Notes under the pieces: model-generated
Seen by the model: only the letters and a program-made list of their open reading frames with translations
Databases searched by the model: none
Told to the model about the DNA's origin: nothing
NCBI GenBank assembly: GCA_003599425.1
Contig: QZKC01000068.1
Coordinates: 11,667-75,666, forward strand
Direction: 5' to 3'
DNA: 64,000 bases
From: Nitrospiraceae bacterium
GTDB lineage: Bacteria; Nitrospirota; Thermodesulfovibrionia; UBA6902
In this document: positions 48,946 to 61,111 of the stretch, one piece after another
How positions within the stretch are numbered: the first letter of the stretch is position 1
Layout of the letters: every line of letters begins with the position of its first letter
Position numbers and translations under genes: made by a program

Positions 48946-50936
48946 TATCCATCTCCTTTCTCAAGGTAAGCAACAGCCCGGTTGATCGCCTCCCTGTTGC
49001 CGGTGATGAAAACAATATCGCCGGCGCTGAAAACGAACTCCGGAACCGGACTTGAATGCATTTCTCCATTCCTCTCTACCGCAACAACAGTAGCTCCTGT
49101 CTTTTTCCTGAGCTGAAGTTCTCCGAGCGACCGTCCGACCGTCGAAAGATTTTCCCTCATGGCAAACAATTCTACATCAACCTTTGATAAAACCGTGCAC
49201 CTGTCAAATAAAGGTTTACGCGAAGCCGAAACCGGCTGCCTGAGCGCCCTGTAACCGTCTTCACGTATCATGTCAACATAATTGAAAATCTCATTCTTTG
49301 GTATCTGATACCGGTCCAGAACTCTCGAAAATATCTCGACTGATGTCTCAAATTCCTCGGGGATGACCTCATCTGCGCCGAGTTTAAGAAGGTCATCCAC
49401 CTCTGCGGCATACCGGGTACGCGCAATGATGAAAATATCCGGATTTTCCTGCCGTGCGGTTTTAACAATATTACGGCACGAAGCAGGGTCCGAGATCGCC
49501 ACTACGAGAATTGATGCAGTTTTTACTCCAAGCATACCGAGCACATCAGCTTTTGTTCCGTCACCGTAATAGATCGGTTCCCCGTGCTTTCTCATATCCC
49601 TTACGGTACTGTTGTTCAGTTCAAGTACCACATATGGAATATTTACTTCCTTAAGCACCCGTGTAAGATTACGGCCGTTCAGCCCGAATCCCACAACAAT
49701 GATATGTCCCGTTTTTTTCTGCGATGATATCATGTCATCAGGCAGTTCATCTTTCCATTCGATACGCTTCAGCATCGGATGGGATGTTATCCTGTCTGAT
49801 AAGGAAGGAGACAGATTTACCATGGCGGGGGTAAGGAGCATAGTTAATATGGAAGCTGACAGAAACACCTGGTATATCTCATTCGTTATCAGGCCGGCGG
49901 AAAGCCCTGCAACGGCAAGCACGAATGAAAATTCTCCTATCTGGGCGAGATTTATGCTTGCCTGTATGGAGGCCCGCACAGAACGCCTGAAAAGATACAT
50001 AGGGACAAAACTGCTTATTAATTTCAATGCGACCAGCCCTAAAACGACCAGAAGGATCAGGGTGATATTACCGGCGAAAAAAGACATATCCATAAGCATT
50101 CCTACTGATATGAAGAATAACCCGTTAAAGCTGTCTCTCAGGGGCAGTATTGTCGAGATCGCTTCATGAGAATATTCCGATTCAGAGATCACAAGGCCTG
50201 CGAGAAAGGCTCCGAGGGCGAGAGAAAGTCCGAATTCAGAGGTGATAAGGGCTGTCCCGAAACAGATTATCAGTACCGTGATGACAAAAAGTTCACGGTT
50301 CCTCGTATGAATTATCTGGTGAAGCAGCGCAGGGACAACCCACCTTGCCGAAAGCATTACAAGAGCGATTATTACCCCCGCCTTCAGTGACGTAACTGCA
50401 AGATCTCCGATCTGACCGCCTCCTGAGAGGACCGGAATAAAGAGCATGAAAGGGACTATACAGAGATCCTGAAATATAAGCACCCCTATACTGATCCTTC
50501 CATGAGGCGAATCCAGTTCAGCCCTCTCGGAAAGAAGCTTCAGTACAATAGCAGTGCTGCTCAACGCCACCAGAAACCCGATAAAGATCGATGTATTGAT
50601 ATCTCCGATCTTCTGATACGCGATAAACGACGATAATGCGCCCGCTGTCAGTACCTGCAAGCTTCCTATACCAAAAACCTCAAGGCGCATTCTTAGAAAT
50701 CGTGAAAGTGAGAACTCAAGGCCTATGGTGAAAAGCAGAAGGACAACGCCGATCTCGGCAAGTATCTGTATTGTTCCTATATCCTCGACAAATTGGAGGC
50801 CGTACGGGCCGAGCAGCATTCCTGCCAGAAGAAACCCGACGATCGAGGAGATCCTCATTCTGTGGAGGATGAATACTACACACGCAGATATGCCGAGTAT
50901 GATTATAAGAGATTTCAGGAAGACCAGTTCATGCAT
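48945..50936 (-). CDS. CPA2 cation:proton antiporter (Kef-type) with TrkA-N and TrkA-C domains
   Basis: LFTIGLEFS, FQD, GEFSFVL; GFGLNG Rossmann motif; C-terminal TrkA-C. Confidence 0.92.
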   Translation of the reverse strand: MHELVFLKSLIIILGISACVVFILHRMRISSIVGFLLAGMLLGPYGLQFVEDIGTIQILAEIGVVLLLFTIGLEFSLSRFLRMRLEVFGIGSLQVLTAGALSSFIAYQKIGDINTSIFIGFLVALSSTAIVLKLLSERAELDSPHGRISIGVLIFQDLCIVPFMLFIPVLSGGGQIGDLAVTSLKAGVIIALVMLSARWVVPALLHQIIHTRNRELFVITVLIICFGTALITSEFGLSLALGAFLAGLVISESEYSHEAISTILPLRDSFNGLFFISVGMLMDMSFFAGNITLILLVVLGLVALKLISSFVPMYLFRRSVRASIQASINLAQIGEFSFVLAVAGLSAGLITNEIYQVFLSASILTMLLTPAMVNLSPSLSDRITSHPMLKRIEWKDELPDDMISSQKKTGHIIVVGFGLNGRNLTRVLKEVNIPYVVLELNNSTVRDMRKHGEPIYYGDGTKADVLGMLGVKTASILVVAISDPASCRNIVKTARQENPDIFIIARTRYAAEVDDLLKLGADEVIPEEFETSVEIFSRVLDRYQIPKNEIFNYVDMIREDGYRALRQPVSASRKPLFDRCTVLSKVDVELFAMRENLSTVGRSLGELQLRKKTGATVVAVERNGEMHSSPVPEFVFSAGDIVFITGNREAINRAVAYLEKGDG

Positions 50937-50971
50937 GAATTCTTACCTTAAGGAATCACGTAAATTCGTTT

Positions 50972-51661
50972 TTACAAGTGGCTTATTTCATCCCTCTCTT
51001 CAGCTCCCTTCAGCTTTTCCTCAAGATATTCCTTTGCAAGGTCCCGTCCCCCGAAACCAAAAGCAACAGCGAGCGCAAGGATAACACCTCCGAAAATTAT
51101 GGCAAATGCGATGACTACGGTCTCCTTGCCTATCCCAAGCTGCTCAAGCGCCATGGTCACAGAGAGTATCAATACGGCAAATTTTACAAACCTGCTGATT
51201 ATCCCGGATATCTTTATTCCGGCGTTGACGCAGGCGATCAGGGCTGTCCTGCCGAGAAAATTCCCGACCAGATATCCGATCAGGAGGATCAGGCTCGCAA
51301 TGAAAATATTCGGGATGTAAAGCAGAAAACTTTCAAGAAGCTTGTCCATGGTGGGCACCTGGAGGGCGCTTATGGATATCCCCGCGAAGAAGATGACCAC
51401 TATCCAGCCTATCAGCTTTGAGAGCAGGTCGGAAACATTTTCCTTCATCCCGCTTTTTTTCATCATTTCAACGGCGCCGGACCTCTCGGAAAATTTGTCG
51501 ATATTGATGGCCCTGAACAGCTTCAGAAAGAGCATCCTCAATATGAACCCGACAATAAATCCGACAATCAGGATGACCACGGAAACGAGGAAATTAGGAA
51601 GGAACTGAATGATCTTATCATAAAATCTGTCCAAGGGCTCTATGAAAAATCTCTGAAACAT
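50972..51661 (-). CDS. MscS-associated TM-helix protein (CmpX-like)
   Basis: Two FLPN/YIPN TM repeats; ALEQLGIG and AFGFGGRDLA. Confidence 0.75.
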   Translation of the reverse strand: MFQRFFIEPLDRFYDKIIQFLPNFLVSVVILIVGFIVGFILRMLFLKLFRAINIDKFSERSGAVEMMKKSGMKENVSDLLSKLIGWIVVIFFAGISISALQVPTMDKLLESFLLYIPNIFIASLILLIGYLVGNFLGRTALIACVNAGIKISGIISRFVKFAVLILSVTMALEQLGIGKETVVIAFAIIFGGVILALAVAFGFGGRDLAKEYLEEKLKGAEERDEISHL

Positions 51662-51682
51662 TTAAATACACCTCCTTTGTGT

Positions 51683-52927
51683 TTAATCCCAATTTTCTGA
51701 TATTAATCTTTTCTTGTCTTCGAACATTCTGCAAAGGTTTTCGATCTTTGCCTCGACTTCCTGAGCGTCGCTCTCCCATGCTTCACTGACAAATGACGCG
51801 GTCCTTCCGATGTAAAGCGGGGTGAGTGATTTCAGCAGGTGTTCTTTGTTCATCATCTTTTTGTGCACTGCGAGGGCAAACCGGTAAATGATCTCTGCCC
51901 ATATCTCATCGGTAATCCGGAATTCTTCCTTTTTCAGTCCCTGCGCCCTCTCAAGAAAAACGGTTATTTCAGCCGGAAGAAAACTTTTCCAGATGCTCAT
52001 CAGTTCCTTTACACCAAGCCTGAATTTATCGATCATCCGGTCCAGATTGACCAGTACAGGCTCAAGCCCTACTGCGTACTGAAACCCGAGCGACTGCACT
52101 GGTTCAGAACCTTTCACCGTCTTCCACATAGAAGAATACGTCTCCATAAGGTCAAAGGTTGCGCCGACGACCTGATACAGCATGGCGCTGAGATCAGCTC
52201 CCGGGTCTTTGGGATCATGGATCTTTGCGCCGAGAAATGACTGGCATATTTTAAAATCGTTCGCTATAGCAGTTGTCGTCATCCATATGTCTATTCCGTA
52301 TCGAGCGACATCCGTTTCCCAGACATCTTTTGTCAGGTAAAACCGGGCGAGCCTTCCCGAGAAGCCGAAATCCCCTCCTATCGGCTGCCTTACCTGCCTG
52401 CCGTATAAGGCCCTCGTGATCGGATATATAATGCTGTTTGTGATAGTGCCGTCATATTTATGCCGGTGATAAAGAGGCGCCACATAATCATACTCACTCT
52501 CAATAACAGGCTTGATAAGCAGCTCTATCCATTCGGGTGTGATGCTTCTGAGGTCTGAGTCCACTACTGCGCAAGCTTTTACGTTCAGTGCTTCCGCTAT
52601 CTGGAATATGGTCCTGAACGCGCTTCCCTTCCCGGGAATACCGTGGTAAGGCGTTGACAGTTTGAAGACCTGTGAGACCCTGTGCTGGAGCAGGATGGAC
52701 TGAAAGTCCTCAACCGCAGTATTCTGCACCACGTCTATGGTACCGTCCTTGGAGCCGCCGTCAGAATTTACGAGCACGCATTTCCGGTCAGGAAAATACT
52801 TCGCGAAACCTGCGTGGACCGCCTTCACGACATGTCCTATTGTCTTTGAATTATTGTAACTCGGGATCCCGACAAGGATATCCGCCTCTTTTATCTCGCT
52901 TATTCTGTCCTGAATATCTTTTCTCAA
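51683..52927 (-). CDS. GT2-like glycosyltransferase, glucosylglycerate/mannosylglycerate-synthase-like
   Basis: GIPSYNN, DGGS.DGT, GKGSA, DSDLRSI, RHKYDGTITN, RQPIGGDF and GIDIWMT; TTG start. Confidence 0.8.
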   Translation of the reverse strand: MRKDIQDRISEIKEADILVGIPSYNNSKTIGHVVKAVHAGFAKYFPDRKCVLVNSDGGSKDGTIDVVQNTAVEDFQSILLQHRVSQVFKLSTPYHGIPGKGSAFRTIFQIAEALNVKACAVVDSDLRSITPEWIELLIKPVIESEYDYVAPLYHRHKYDGTITNSIIYPITRALYGRQVRQPIGGDFGFSGRLARFYLTKDVWETDVARYGIDIWMTTTAIANDFKICQSFLGAKIHDPKDPGADLSAMLYQVVGATFDLMETYSSMWKTVKGSEPVQSLGFQYAVGLEPVLVNLDRMIDKFRLGVKELMSIWKSFLPAEITVFLERAQGLKKEEFRITDEIWAEIIYRFALAVHKKMMNKEHLLKSLTPLYIGRTASFVSEAWESDAQEVEAKIENLCRMFEDKKRLISENWD

Positions 52928-52964
52928 AGTAATGTTCTCCCTGCTTATTTATCTGTTATAAAGA

Positions 52965-55958
52965 TTATACAGCCTCATTCAGCAAAGCAACAGGAAAATT
53001 TCCAAGCACATCCGAGAGATGCAAAACAACAATGCCGTCCCTGCGAACAGCCGTCACATCCTCTCCGGTGAAAATATTCCGGCATTTTCTCCCTTCATTC
53101 ATAAAAGGTATTGCGATATGCGTATCACCCCACACAGCTTCACCAAGAGGCATCGTCATTACAGGAGCTACCCGCGTATAAAACCTCGGAGCCGCAATCA
53201 CAAGTGTCCGGCCCCCTTCTTTTCTGGCAAAAGCACATACATTGTCTTTCAACCGGCCCTGTGCTTCGAGAGGTATATATTCACCTTTTTCAAAAAGCTC
53301 CCTGTTCTGCCTGCGAAAATTCAGCGCCCTGGATATCAGATAGAGCTTTACAGCCCCGCTATCCATGTTTTCCGTTAACTCTCTCGCAAGCTGCTGAAGC
53401 GGGATCTCTGCTTCCTTCTGCCTCATTTCCTCCAGCATTTTTATTCTTGCCGGGTAATCTACCGGCCTGCGGTTGTCCGGGTCAACGAGACTGAAATTCC
53501 ATATCTCCGTACCCTGATAAAAATCCGGCGCCCCCGGAGAGGTAATTTTCAACAGGGTCTGAGACAGGGAATTGAACATCCCGTAATGAGAGACCTTTTT
53601 CTGGAACGGCAGTAAGTCCCTCAGGAAGGCGCTGTCAGGATACGGTTCCATAACCCTTTCAATAAAGATGATCAGGGCCTCTTCATAAATTGTGTTCGGG
53701 CTTATCCAGCTTGAATTCACTTTTGCTTCACGGACCGCCTTCAGCATGTAGTCCTTGATCCTGCTTTTAAAACCCTCATATTCGTTTTTGTCCATCTCAT
53801 TTTCCGGCCACGCGCCTATCATAGTCTGATACAGGAGATATTCCTCGTTCCGTTCAGGTACATGTTCATCCGCAACAGCCATCTTTTTCCTTTTGTTCAA
53901 ACGGCTCCAGCGGAACAGGCAGTCTTTCCATTCCCCGGGGATCTCTGAAAGGACATTTATCCTCGTCCTAACATCCTCGCCCCTTTTTGTGTCATGTGTA
54001 GAGGTTGCGATCATGGCATGAGGCCAGAATTTGAACCGTTCTATATTCTGCCCGTGAAATGTATCAAGGGTCGTGCCGAACCGGTCCGGACTTCCGCCTA
54101 CTTCATTCAGCGACACAAACCGGTTGTAGACATAGCACGCTGTGTCCTCAACCCCTTTTGCCATAACAGGACCGGTGATCTGCTGGAATGTCATGACAAA
54201 GTCGATCCATTCTTTTTTGTCCTCGTCGCTGAAATGCTCCGGGAAATTGAGGTGGAGAACGTTCTTCAGAAAATCATAGATCGACTCGCTGATCGCGGGA
54301 TTCTTCCTCTTGGCCTTCGCTACCGCATATTCTATGTACTTCCGGTCCCTGTCATTTGCGCCATACTGGTTGATATACGTTCTGTAAACAGGGAAAAAAG
54401 CGATCACCTCAATAATTGCGTCAGTCAGGCTGTTGAGCGTAAAATCACGGGTATGCCGGTCCTTTTCAGATATGGCGTTCAGATAATGACCGATCGTATT
54501 GATCTCGCTCGACATGGATACCAGCATGATCAGTTTTTTCTTTTCATAAACGATCTCCTGATAATTCAGGTCCTCTCTGATAAACCTTGAATATATGCCG
54601 TCAAAATCTTTTGCCTTTGTCGTATCGATGAATATGCCGTTCAGTGTATTTAAAAAAACATATCCTGTCGTACTGAATATCGGCCAGCCTTCGGGCATCC
54701 GCTCTCCCCTGATAAGTATCTTTTCTCCAACAATATAAAAAGGTTTGAACAGAGGGTCTTCCTGCACCCTCTGCACATACTCTCTCAGTAGTTCCTGCTC
54801 TGGTTCACCGGCATTTATGTCGTGCAAAACTTCTGACGAGACGTACATCGCAGCCTTTATGAAACAATACCGCTGCAAACGCCTGAAATACTCGGCAGGG
54901 TCATACAGCCCGTCGGGATGGTCGACCCGGAGGCCGGTCACCTTCCCTTCACCAACAAGCTCCATAACAAGTTTGTGCGTCTTCTGAAAGACCTCTTCGT
55001 TTTCAACACAGATCGCAGCAAGTTCATTGATGTCAAAGAACCTCCTGTAATTGATCTCCTCAGTGGCGACCCTCCAGAAGGAAAGGCGGTACACCTGTTC
55101 GCTGATCAGGTTGTCAAGAAGATCGAAGCTGCGTGGATCTCCCTTGACCCCATTGAACAGCCGCACATTATTGTCAATAAACATCATGACGTCGGAACTC
55201 TCGCTGTAAAGATTTGAGAGACGCTTCTTGATGATCTCCTTTTCCCTGTGGCGTTCCCGGACCTTTTCATGGTCTTTTTCCGTATACGACGGCAGATGTT
55301 CTATCGCGGTAATGATGCTCAGAAGTTCTGTAAGGTGCGGGTTCTCGGCTGTGAGTAATTCCTCAAGCGCTGAAATGCCATGCTTCAATATCAGTGTGTA
55401 TGTCTGAGGCCTGACCGGAAATCTGTGTTCATAATAGCTGATGAAGAAGGCCCCTTCATGAAAAGATAAGGTAATCTCCTTGTTCTCAAGAACAATACCG
55501 TACTGGGCGCCGAGTACGGGCAGGAGGACCTTGTCCTTAAGTTCTCTTTTTACCGGCTCCCAGTCCACATCAAAGTAAACGTCAAATACGGAGCTCTGCC
55601 CATTTTCAAGCAGGTCCATCCACATCGCATTTTCATTGCCGATCCCCATGTGATTGGGCACGATATCGAGTATCTGTCCCATGCCGAATTCCCTGAGTCC
55701 GGCAGTGAAATCTTCATACTCCTCCCTTGTGCCGATCTCAGGGTTGAGAACATTATGGTCCACAATATCATATCCATGGAGACTGCCCTTTTTGGCGCCG
55801 AGATACGGCGATGAGTATATATCTGAAATTCCGAGCTGGTTGAGGTAGCCGATGATCGCCTTTGCGTCAGGGAACCTGAAACTCCTGTTGAACTGAAGCC
55901 TGTATGTCGCAGCCGGTATCCTGGTTTTCAGCATATCGGCAACTTCCTTATTTCTCAT
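52965..55958 (-). CDS. treY: Malto-oligosyltrehalose synthase
   Basis: PAATYRLQF, DIVPNHM, NYRRFFDIN, GLRVDHPDGL, THDTKRGEDVR and SLVDPDNRRPVDY. Confidence 0.96.
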   Translation of the reverse strand: MRNKEVADMLKTRIPAATYRLQFNRSFRFPDAKAIIGYLNQLGISDIYSSPYLGAKKGSLHGYDIVDHNVLNPEIGTREEYEDFTAGLREFGMGQILDIVPNHMGIGNENAMWMDLLENGQSSVFDVYFDVDWEPVKRELKDKVLLPVLGAQYGIVLENKEITLSFHEGAFFISYYEHRFPVRPQTYTLILKHGISALEELLTAENPHLTELLSIITAIEHLPSYTEKDHEKVRERHREKEIIKKRLSNLYSESSDVMMFIDNNVRLFNGVKGDPRSFDLLDNLISEQVYRLSFWRVATEEINYRRFFDINELAAICVENEEVFQKTHKLVMELVGEGKVTGLRVDHPDGLYDPAEYFRRLQRYCFIKAAMYVSSEVLHDINAGEPEQELLREYVQRVQEDPLFKPFYIVGEKILIRGERMPEGWPIFSTTGYVFLNTLNGIFIDTTKAKDFDGIYSRFIREDLNYQEIVYEKKKLIMLVSMSSEINTIGHYLNAISEKDRHTRDFTLNSLTDAIIEVIAFFPVYRTYINQYGANDRDRKYIEYAVAKAKRKNPAISESIYDFLKNVLHLNFPEHFSDEDKKEWIDFVMTFQQITGPVMAKGVEDTACYVYNRFVSLNEVGGSPDRFGTTLDTFHGQNIERFKFWPHAMIATSTHDTKRGEDVRTRINVLSEIPGEWKDCLFRWSRLNKRKKMAVADEHVPERNEEYLLYQTMIGAWPENEMDKNEYEGFKSRIKDYMLKAVREAKVNSSWISPNTIYEEALIIFIERVMEPYPDSAFLRDLLPFQKKVSHYGMFNSLSQTLLKITSPGAPDFYQGTEIWNFSLVDPDNRRPVDYPARIKMLEEMRQKEAEIPLQQLARELTENMDSGAVKLYLISRALNFRRQNRELFEKGEYIPLEAQGRLKDNVCAFARKEGGRTLVIAAPRFYTRVAPVMTMPLGEAVWGDTHIAIPFMNEGRKCRNIFTGEDVTAVRRDGIVVLHLSDVLGNFPVALLNEAV

Positions 55959-55979
55959 ATATTCTCCCGCTGTGCTCCA

Positions 55980-57812
55980 TCAGGAATTGACCTCTCTTAA
56001 GAAAATCACAACGCTGTTCGCCGTTAGCGTAATTTCAGGTCCCGGCATCAGCGTATCAGGCATGGCCGCTCCGGGGCCTTCCCATACAGTATCTGAAGAG
56101 TCAAGGATCTTTTTCCAGGAACCTTCCGGCGCGTCCCATCTTTTTCTGACCTCAACATTACTGAAATTGCATGTGATAAAAACACTGCTTTCGCCTTTCC
56201 ACCGTGTCATGAACAGTGTTTTATCCTCCTCTGAGAATTGAACATTGAGTTTTGTCTTGCTGAGATTTGCGAGAGCAGGAACTTTTGTCCTGAGAGCGAT
56301 AAGTTCCCTGTAGAAATTCAGCAGGACCCTGTTCCTGCCAGACCTCCTTTTTTCCCATTGTATTTTAGATCTCATAAAGGTATCAGCGCTCTGAGGATCC
56401 GGAGGTTCGGCCTTCCATGTGAAGCGTTTGAACTCTTCTTTTCTTCCTCTGCGCACAGCATCAACAAGCTCATGGTCAGAGTGGCTGATAAAGTAAAGGA
56501 ACGGCGCTTCTTCTCCATACTCTTCTCCCATAAAAAAAAGCGGGACAAAAGGAGAGAGCAGGACAATTCCTGCCGCAAGTTTCAATGATTCAAACGGCAG
56601 CAGGCCTGACAGCCTTTCGCCGAGCATCCTGTTGCCGATCTGGTCATGATTCTGTGAAAACACCACAAACTGTTCAGCAGGAAGATCGCTCGATGAATTG
56701 CCCTGATTCCTTTTCCTGTATTCTGAATAGCGCCCTGAATAGACAAAGCCCTCTTTCAGGGATCTGGCAAGATGCTCCATTGTGCCGAAATCAATATAGT
56801 ATCCATCAGACTCACCTGTTAAAATGGTATGGATACAGTGATGGAAATCATCGCACCACTGGGCGTCAAGGCCGTCTCCACCCTTATCTCTTTTCCTTAT
56901 CACCCTTGAATCGTTCAGGTCGCTCTCAGCGATCAAATAGTGCTTTCTCCCTGCATTGGCGCAAAACTCTTCAGTCCTCTCCGCAAGCTCAAGAAGGAAG
57001 GGCCTTGCGCTCATATCAGCAATGCCGTGTATAGCATCAAGGCGAAGAGCATCTATGTGGTAATGAGCAAACCATTGAAGGGCATTTTCAATAAAATAAT
57101 TTCTAACCTCATTGCTGTATGCATCATCGAAATTGATCGCCTGCCCCCATGGGGTCCTGTACTTGTCTGTAAAATAAGGGCCGTAGTCCCAGAGATAATT
57201 TCCCTCAGGGCCGAGGTGGTTATATACGACATCAAGGATGACAGAAATTCCTTCTTTATGGCATTCGTTTACAAGCCTTTTCAGCCCCTCCGGGCCTCCG
57301 TATGAATTCTGCACTGCAAAAGGATACGTTCCGTCATAACCCCAGTTGCGTTCCCCGGGGAACTGCGCAACCGGCATGACCTCAATTGTGTTTACCCCAA
57401 GCTCTTTCAGGTCGCACAGCCTTGGAATGACGGCATCAAACGTGCCTTCAGGCGTAAACGTTCCCACATGCAGCTCGTACATTATCATCTCATGGAGATG
57501 AACTCCTTTCCATGACTTGTCACCCCAGTCAAAAGAACTGTGCTCGATTATCTGAGAAGGGCCGTGAACCCCTTGCGGCTGCGAGGAGGATGCAGGGTCA
57601 GGCCTGTCCCTTTCCTGATCGAGACGGTAATAGTAGAGGGTTCCCGGCAATATGTTATCTGCTGAAAAGCTCCAGTATCCCCTCCTGTCCTTCTCCATGT
57701 TATAGCACAGTTCCTCAGGCGCAACTATCTTCACTTCCACTTTTGCCAGATTTGGAGCCCATACGGTAAATCTGCACCGCCCTCCTCCGGCATACTGTGC
57801 GCCAAGCCTCAT
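55980..57812 (-). CDS. treZ: Malto-oligosyltrehalose trehalohydrolase
   Basis: [35 protein letters not shown] and PDPQ. Confidence 0.96.
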   Translation of the reverse strand: MRLGAQYAGGGRCRFTVWAPNLAKVEVKIVAPEELCYNMEKDRRGYWSFSADNILPGTLYYYRLDQERDRPDPASSSQPQGVHGPSQIIEHSSFDWGDKSWKGVHLHEMIMYELHVGTFTPEGTFDAVIPRLCDLKELGVNTIEVMPVAQFPGERNWGYDGTYPFAVQNSYGGPEGLKRLVNECHKEGISVILDVVYNHLGPEGNYLWDYGPYFTDKYRTPWGQAINFDDAYSNEVRNYFIENALQWFAHYHIDALRLDAIHGIADMSARPFLLELAERTEEFCANAGRKHYLIAESDLNDSRVIRKRDKGGDGLDAQWCDDFHHCIHTILTGESDGYYIDFGTMEHLARSLKEGFVYSGRYSEYRKRNQGNSSSDLPAEQFVVFSQNHDQIGNRMLGERLSGLLPFESLKLAAGIVLLSPFVPLFFMGEEYGEEAPFLYFISHSDHELVDAVRRGRKEEFKRFTWKAEPPDPQSADTFMRSKIQWEKRRSGRNRVLLNFYRELIALRTKVPALANLSKTKLNVQFSEEDKTLFMTRWKGESSVFITCNFSNVEVRKRWDAPEGSWKKILDSSDTVWEGPGAAMPDTLMPGPEITLTANSVVIFLREVNS

Positions 57813-59764
57813 GCAGACTCTCCCTGATATTTGAAAAACAGTATCCCGAGCGGCGGCAGTGTCAGGGACATTGAATAATATCTTCCCTGGGCCGGTACCG
57901 GTTTTGCTTCAACGCCTCCTGTATTTCCTTGCCCGCTTCCGCCATAATATGGGGCGTCACTGTTGAGGACTTCTTTCCAGAACCCTCCCCGCGGCGCTCC
58001 CACTCTGTAGTTATAGCGCGGCACAGGCGTGAAGTTACATACGGCAAGAACAATGCTGCTCGCGTCATTTCCCTTTCTGATAAAGCTCACGATGCTCTGC
58101 TCCCAGTCATGCATGTCTATCCATTCGAAACCATCATTTGAAAAATCCTTTTCATACAGAGCCGGTTCGTGTCTGTAAAACCAGTTCAGGTCTTTTACCC
58201 ACTTCTGAAGTCCTCCGTGTGTCTGATACTGAAGCACATCCCATTCGAGGCTTTCCTGATGGTTCCATTCCTTCCACTGTCCGAATTCACATCCCATGAA
58301 CAGCAGTTTCTTTCCCGGATGTCCGTACATGTATCCAAACAGCAGCCTTAGGTTGGCATATCTCTGCCATTCATCCCCCGGCATCTTTCCAATGAGAGAA
58401 CCCTTGCCGTGCACCACCTCATCATGGGAAAGTGGCAGCACGAAATTCTCAAAAAACGCGTACCAGATGCTGAAGGTAAGCTGGTTGTGGTGATATTTCC
58501 TGAACATGGGGTCCTGCGAAAAATATTTCAGGGTGTCATGCATCCATCCCATATTCCATTTCAGACCAAAGCCCAGCCCCCCCGCATATATGGGGCGGGA
58601 CACCATGGGCCATGCAGTTGATTCCTCTGCCAGGGTCTGCACATCGGGATAGTTCTCATAGACCGCTTCGTTGAAGCGCTTGAGAAAATTGATCGCCTCC
58701 AGATTCTCATTCCCTCCGTACTGGTTGGGTATCCAGTCTCCTCCTGTCCTGGCATAGTCCAGATAAAGCATGGACGCCACCGCGTCAACCCGCATGCCGT
58801 CAGCATGGTATTTATCAAGCCAGAACAGCGCGCTGCTGATAAGGAAATTTTTTACTTCATATCTGCCATAGTTGAATATGTAGCTTTTCCAGTCCGGGTG
58901 AAAGCCCTGTCTCATGTCTGAGTGCGAATAGAGATGTGTCCCGTCAAAATACGCGAGGCCGTGCAGGTCATCAGGAAAATGCGAAGGCACCCAGTCCAGC
59001 ACTATTCCTATGCCGTTCTGATGGAGATAATCAATAAGATACATGAAATCCTGGGGAGTGCCGTACCTGCTTGTAGGCGCGAAATATCCTGTGGTCTGAT
59101 ACCCCCATGAACCGTAGAACGGGTGCTCCATCAACGGCAGGAACTCCACGTGTGTGAATCCGTTGTCCTTCATGTAGTCGGCAAGATAATGGGCCATTTC
59201 CCGGTATGTGAGATACCTGTTGTCCTCTTCAGGCACTCTCCTCCATGAACCGAAATGCACTTCATATATTGTGATCGGCGCAGCGAGCGCGTTTGCCGCA
59301 TGCCTGTTCCTCATCCACTGGGTATCGTTCCACTCATAGTTCAGGTCCCAGACAAGCGATGCGGTCCTGGGGGGAACTTCCCACGAAAAAGCAAACGGGT
59401 CTCCCTTTTCCGCTGCGTAGCCATTATGGTGCGAAACAACATAATATTTATATACTGTTCCGTATCCAAGTCCCGGAACAAATCCCTCCCATATCCCGGA
59501 ACCGTCCCATCTCGCTGCAAGCGGATGCGATTCCCTGTTCCAGCTATTAAAGTCCCCTATAACCGAAACCTGTTTTGCATTTGGCGCCCACACAGAAAAA
59601 TGGACGCCACTTACCCCGTCGGCAGTCATCAGATGCGAACCCATCTTTTCATATAATCTGAAGTGGTTCCCTTCCTTGAACAGATATATGTCATGTTCTG
59701 TCAATGTGCTTATACCGTGTATAACTTCACCTTCGTATCCGGTCATTCTTTTTTCCATGATCAT
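57809..59764 (-). CDS. glgB: 1,4-alpha-glucan branching enzyme
   Basis: [34 protein letters not shown] and [10 protein letters not shown]. Confidence 0.97.
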   Translation of the reverse strand: MIMEKRMTGYEGEVIHGISTLTEHDIYLFKEGNHFRLYEKMGSHLMTADGVSGVHFSVWAPNAKQVSVIGDFNSWNRESHPLAARWDGSGIWEGFVPGLGYGTVYKYYVVSHHNGYAAEKGDPFAFSWEVPPRTASLVWDLNYEWNDTQWMRNRHAANALAAPITIYEVHFGSWRRVPEEDNRYLTYREMAHYLADYMKDNGFTHVEFLPLMEHPFYGSWGYQTTGYFAPTSRYGTPQDFMYLIDYLHQNGIGIVLDWVPSHFPDDLHGLAYFDGTHLYSHSDMRQGFHPDWKSYIFNYGRYEVKNFLISSALFWLDKYHADGMRVDAVASMLYLDYARTGGDWIPNQYGGNENLEAINFLKRFNEAVYENYPDVQTLAEESTAWPMVSRPIYAGGLGFGLKWNMGWMHDTLKYFSQDPMFRKYHHNQLTFSIWYAFFENFVLPLSHDEVVHGKGSLIGKMPGDEWQRYANLRLLFGYMYGHPGKKLLFMGCEFGQWKEWNHQESLEWDVLQYQTHGGLQKWVKDLNWFYRHEPALYEKDFSNDGFEWIDMHDWEQSIVSFIRKGNDASSIVLAVCNFTPVPRYNYRVGAPRGGFWKEVLNSDAPYYGGSGQGNTGGVEAKPVPAQGRYYSMSLTLPPLGILFFKYQGESA

Positions 59765-60990
59765 ACCTCCTTTTCATGAAAACATTTTAGAATGTGGCGT
59801 ATGCCCCGCATGGGTATGATCACCCAGTCAGGGCGGTTGTTCAGTTCATATCCTACTTCGTAGACAGCCTTTTCAAGGAGAAATGCATGAAGCAGTATCT
59901 CCATATCCTCTTTTTCCCGCGGCATGAATGGAGCTTCGCCCGCGGTCTGCATATATGATTTGAGAAAGACCCCGCTCACATGGAAGTACCACTGGTCGGC
60001 CCACGGCTTCAGCACGGGGACATCCTCAGCCCTTATAGATGCGCGCTTGAGAATGGCGCTGTAGACCGCGTAATGGAATGAGCGTATCATCCCGGCAACG
60101 TCCCTCATGGGAGACCTCTTCAGCTTCCTTTCGCTCAGAGGCCTTGCAGGTTCACCTTCAAAATCTATAATGATGAAATCGTTACCGGTAAACAGCACCT
60201 GCCCGAGATGATAGTCGCCGTGAAATCTGATTTTTGTTGTTGATATCTTATTCTTCAGTATTCTCCTGAAGGAATTAAGCACTTCCTGTTCAGATCTCAG
60301 GAAGTCAGATATTTCCTCTTTCACCTCGCCAGGAAGCCTCTTTACATTCTCCCTCGCAAGCTGCATGACCTTCAGGGTAAGCGTCCTCATGGACTGATAT
60401 ACCGACCTCTGATAGAGCATTGAAAACGGTTCGGGTGAAAAATGGGGGTCGTCAGTGGATGCAGAGAGCGCAAGATGCATCTCGGCAGTCCTTTTTCCAA
60501 GGAGAGATATCATTTCGAGGAAAAAATTTCCGATCAGTTCGATCAGTGCCGGAGGCACCTCTGAAAACTCCATATCACAGAAAGAAGGCGGCTCAGGTAT
60601 CTCCTTGATTTCCGTCCCTGTTGACAGCACCCTTTCAAAAAACTGCAGCGCTGCGTCAAGAGCAAAATTCCAGCAGTCCCCGTTATTGGGTACAAACCCC
60701 TGCAGGTGGCCTAACGTAACAGGAGACGCGTTGCCCCTTCTGTATTCGATAACACCCGCATAGGGAGGTATGCCTGCAAACCCGCGTTTTTCACTCAGGA
60801 ACCGCATCATCTCCACATCAGGGTTTATTCCCCCATCCAGTTTTCTGTAAAGTTTCAGGAAGAAAACATTCTCATAGAGAAAAGACGTGTTGCTCTGTTC
60901 CGCCTTCAGCACCTGGGAGGAAAGGGGAAGAGATCTGTCGCCGAGGAGATGCCTGAAGCGCTTGCCCGGGGACGCTGCTGCTTCTCCTGA
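59761..60990 (-). pseudogene. 5'-truncated maltokinase (Mak/Pep2; probably the C-terminal part of a TreS-Mak fusion)
   Basis: AEQSNTS, HGDYHLGQVL, DFEGEP and LLEKAVYE.GYE..NRPDW. The frame extends upstream (SGEAAASPGKRFRHLL) to about 60990 with no proper start or RBS. Confidence 0.75.
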
Positions 60991-61111
60991 CCGTAATGAT
61001 CTCGCTGTAATGTGTTGTCAGCTCTGTCTTCTGTTCAGCAAGTTTTTTTTCAACATCTTTAACTGCTATCATTTTCCATATGTAGATGCCAATGACAAGA
61101 ACAACAAGCAA
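60991..61111 (-). pseudogene. Truncated membrane-anchored coiled-coil gene fused out of frame onto the maltokinase remnant
   Basis: AAGGAGG RBS, LLVVLVIGIYIWKM TM segment, then reads into Mak sequence in a different frame. Confidence 0.55.
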
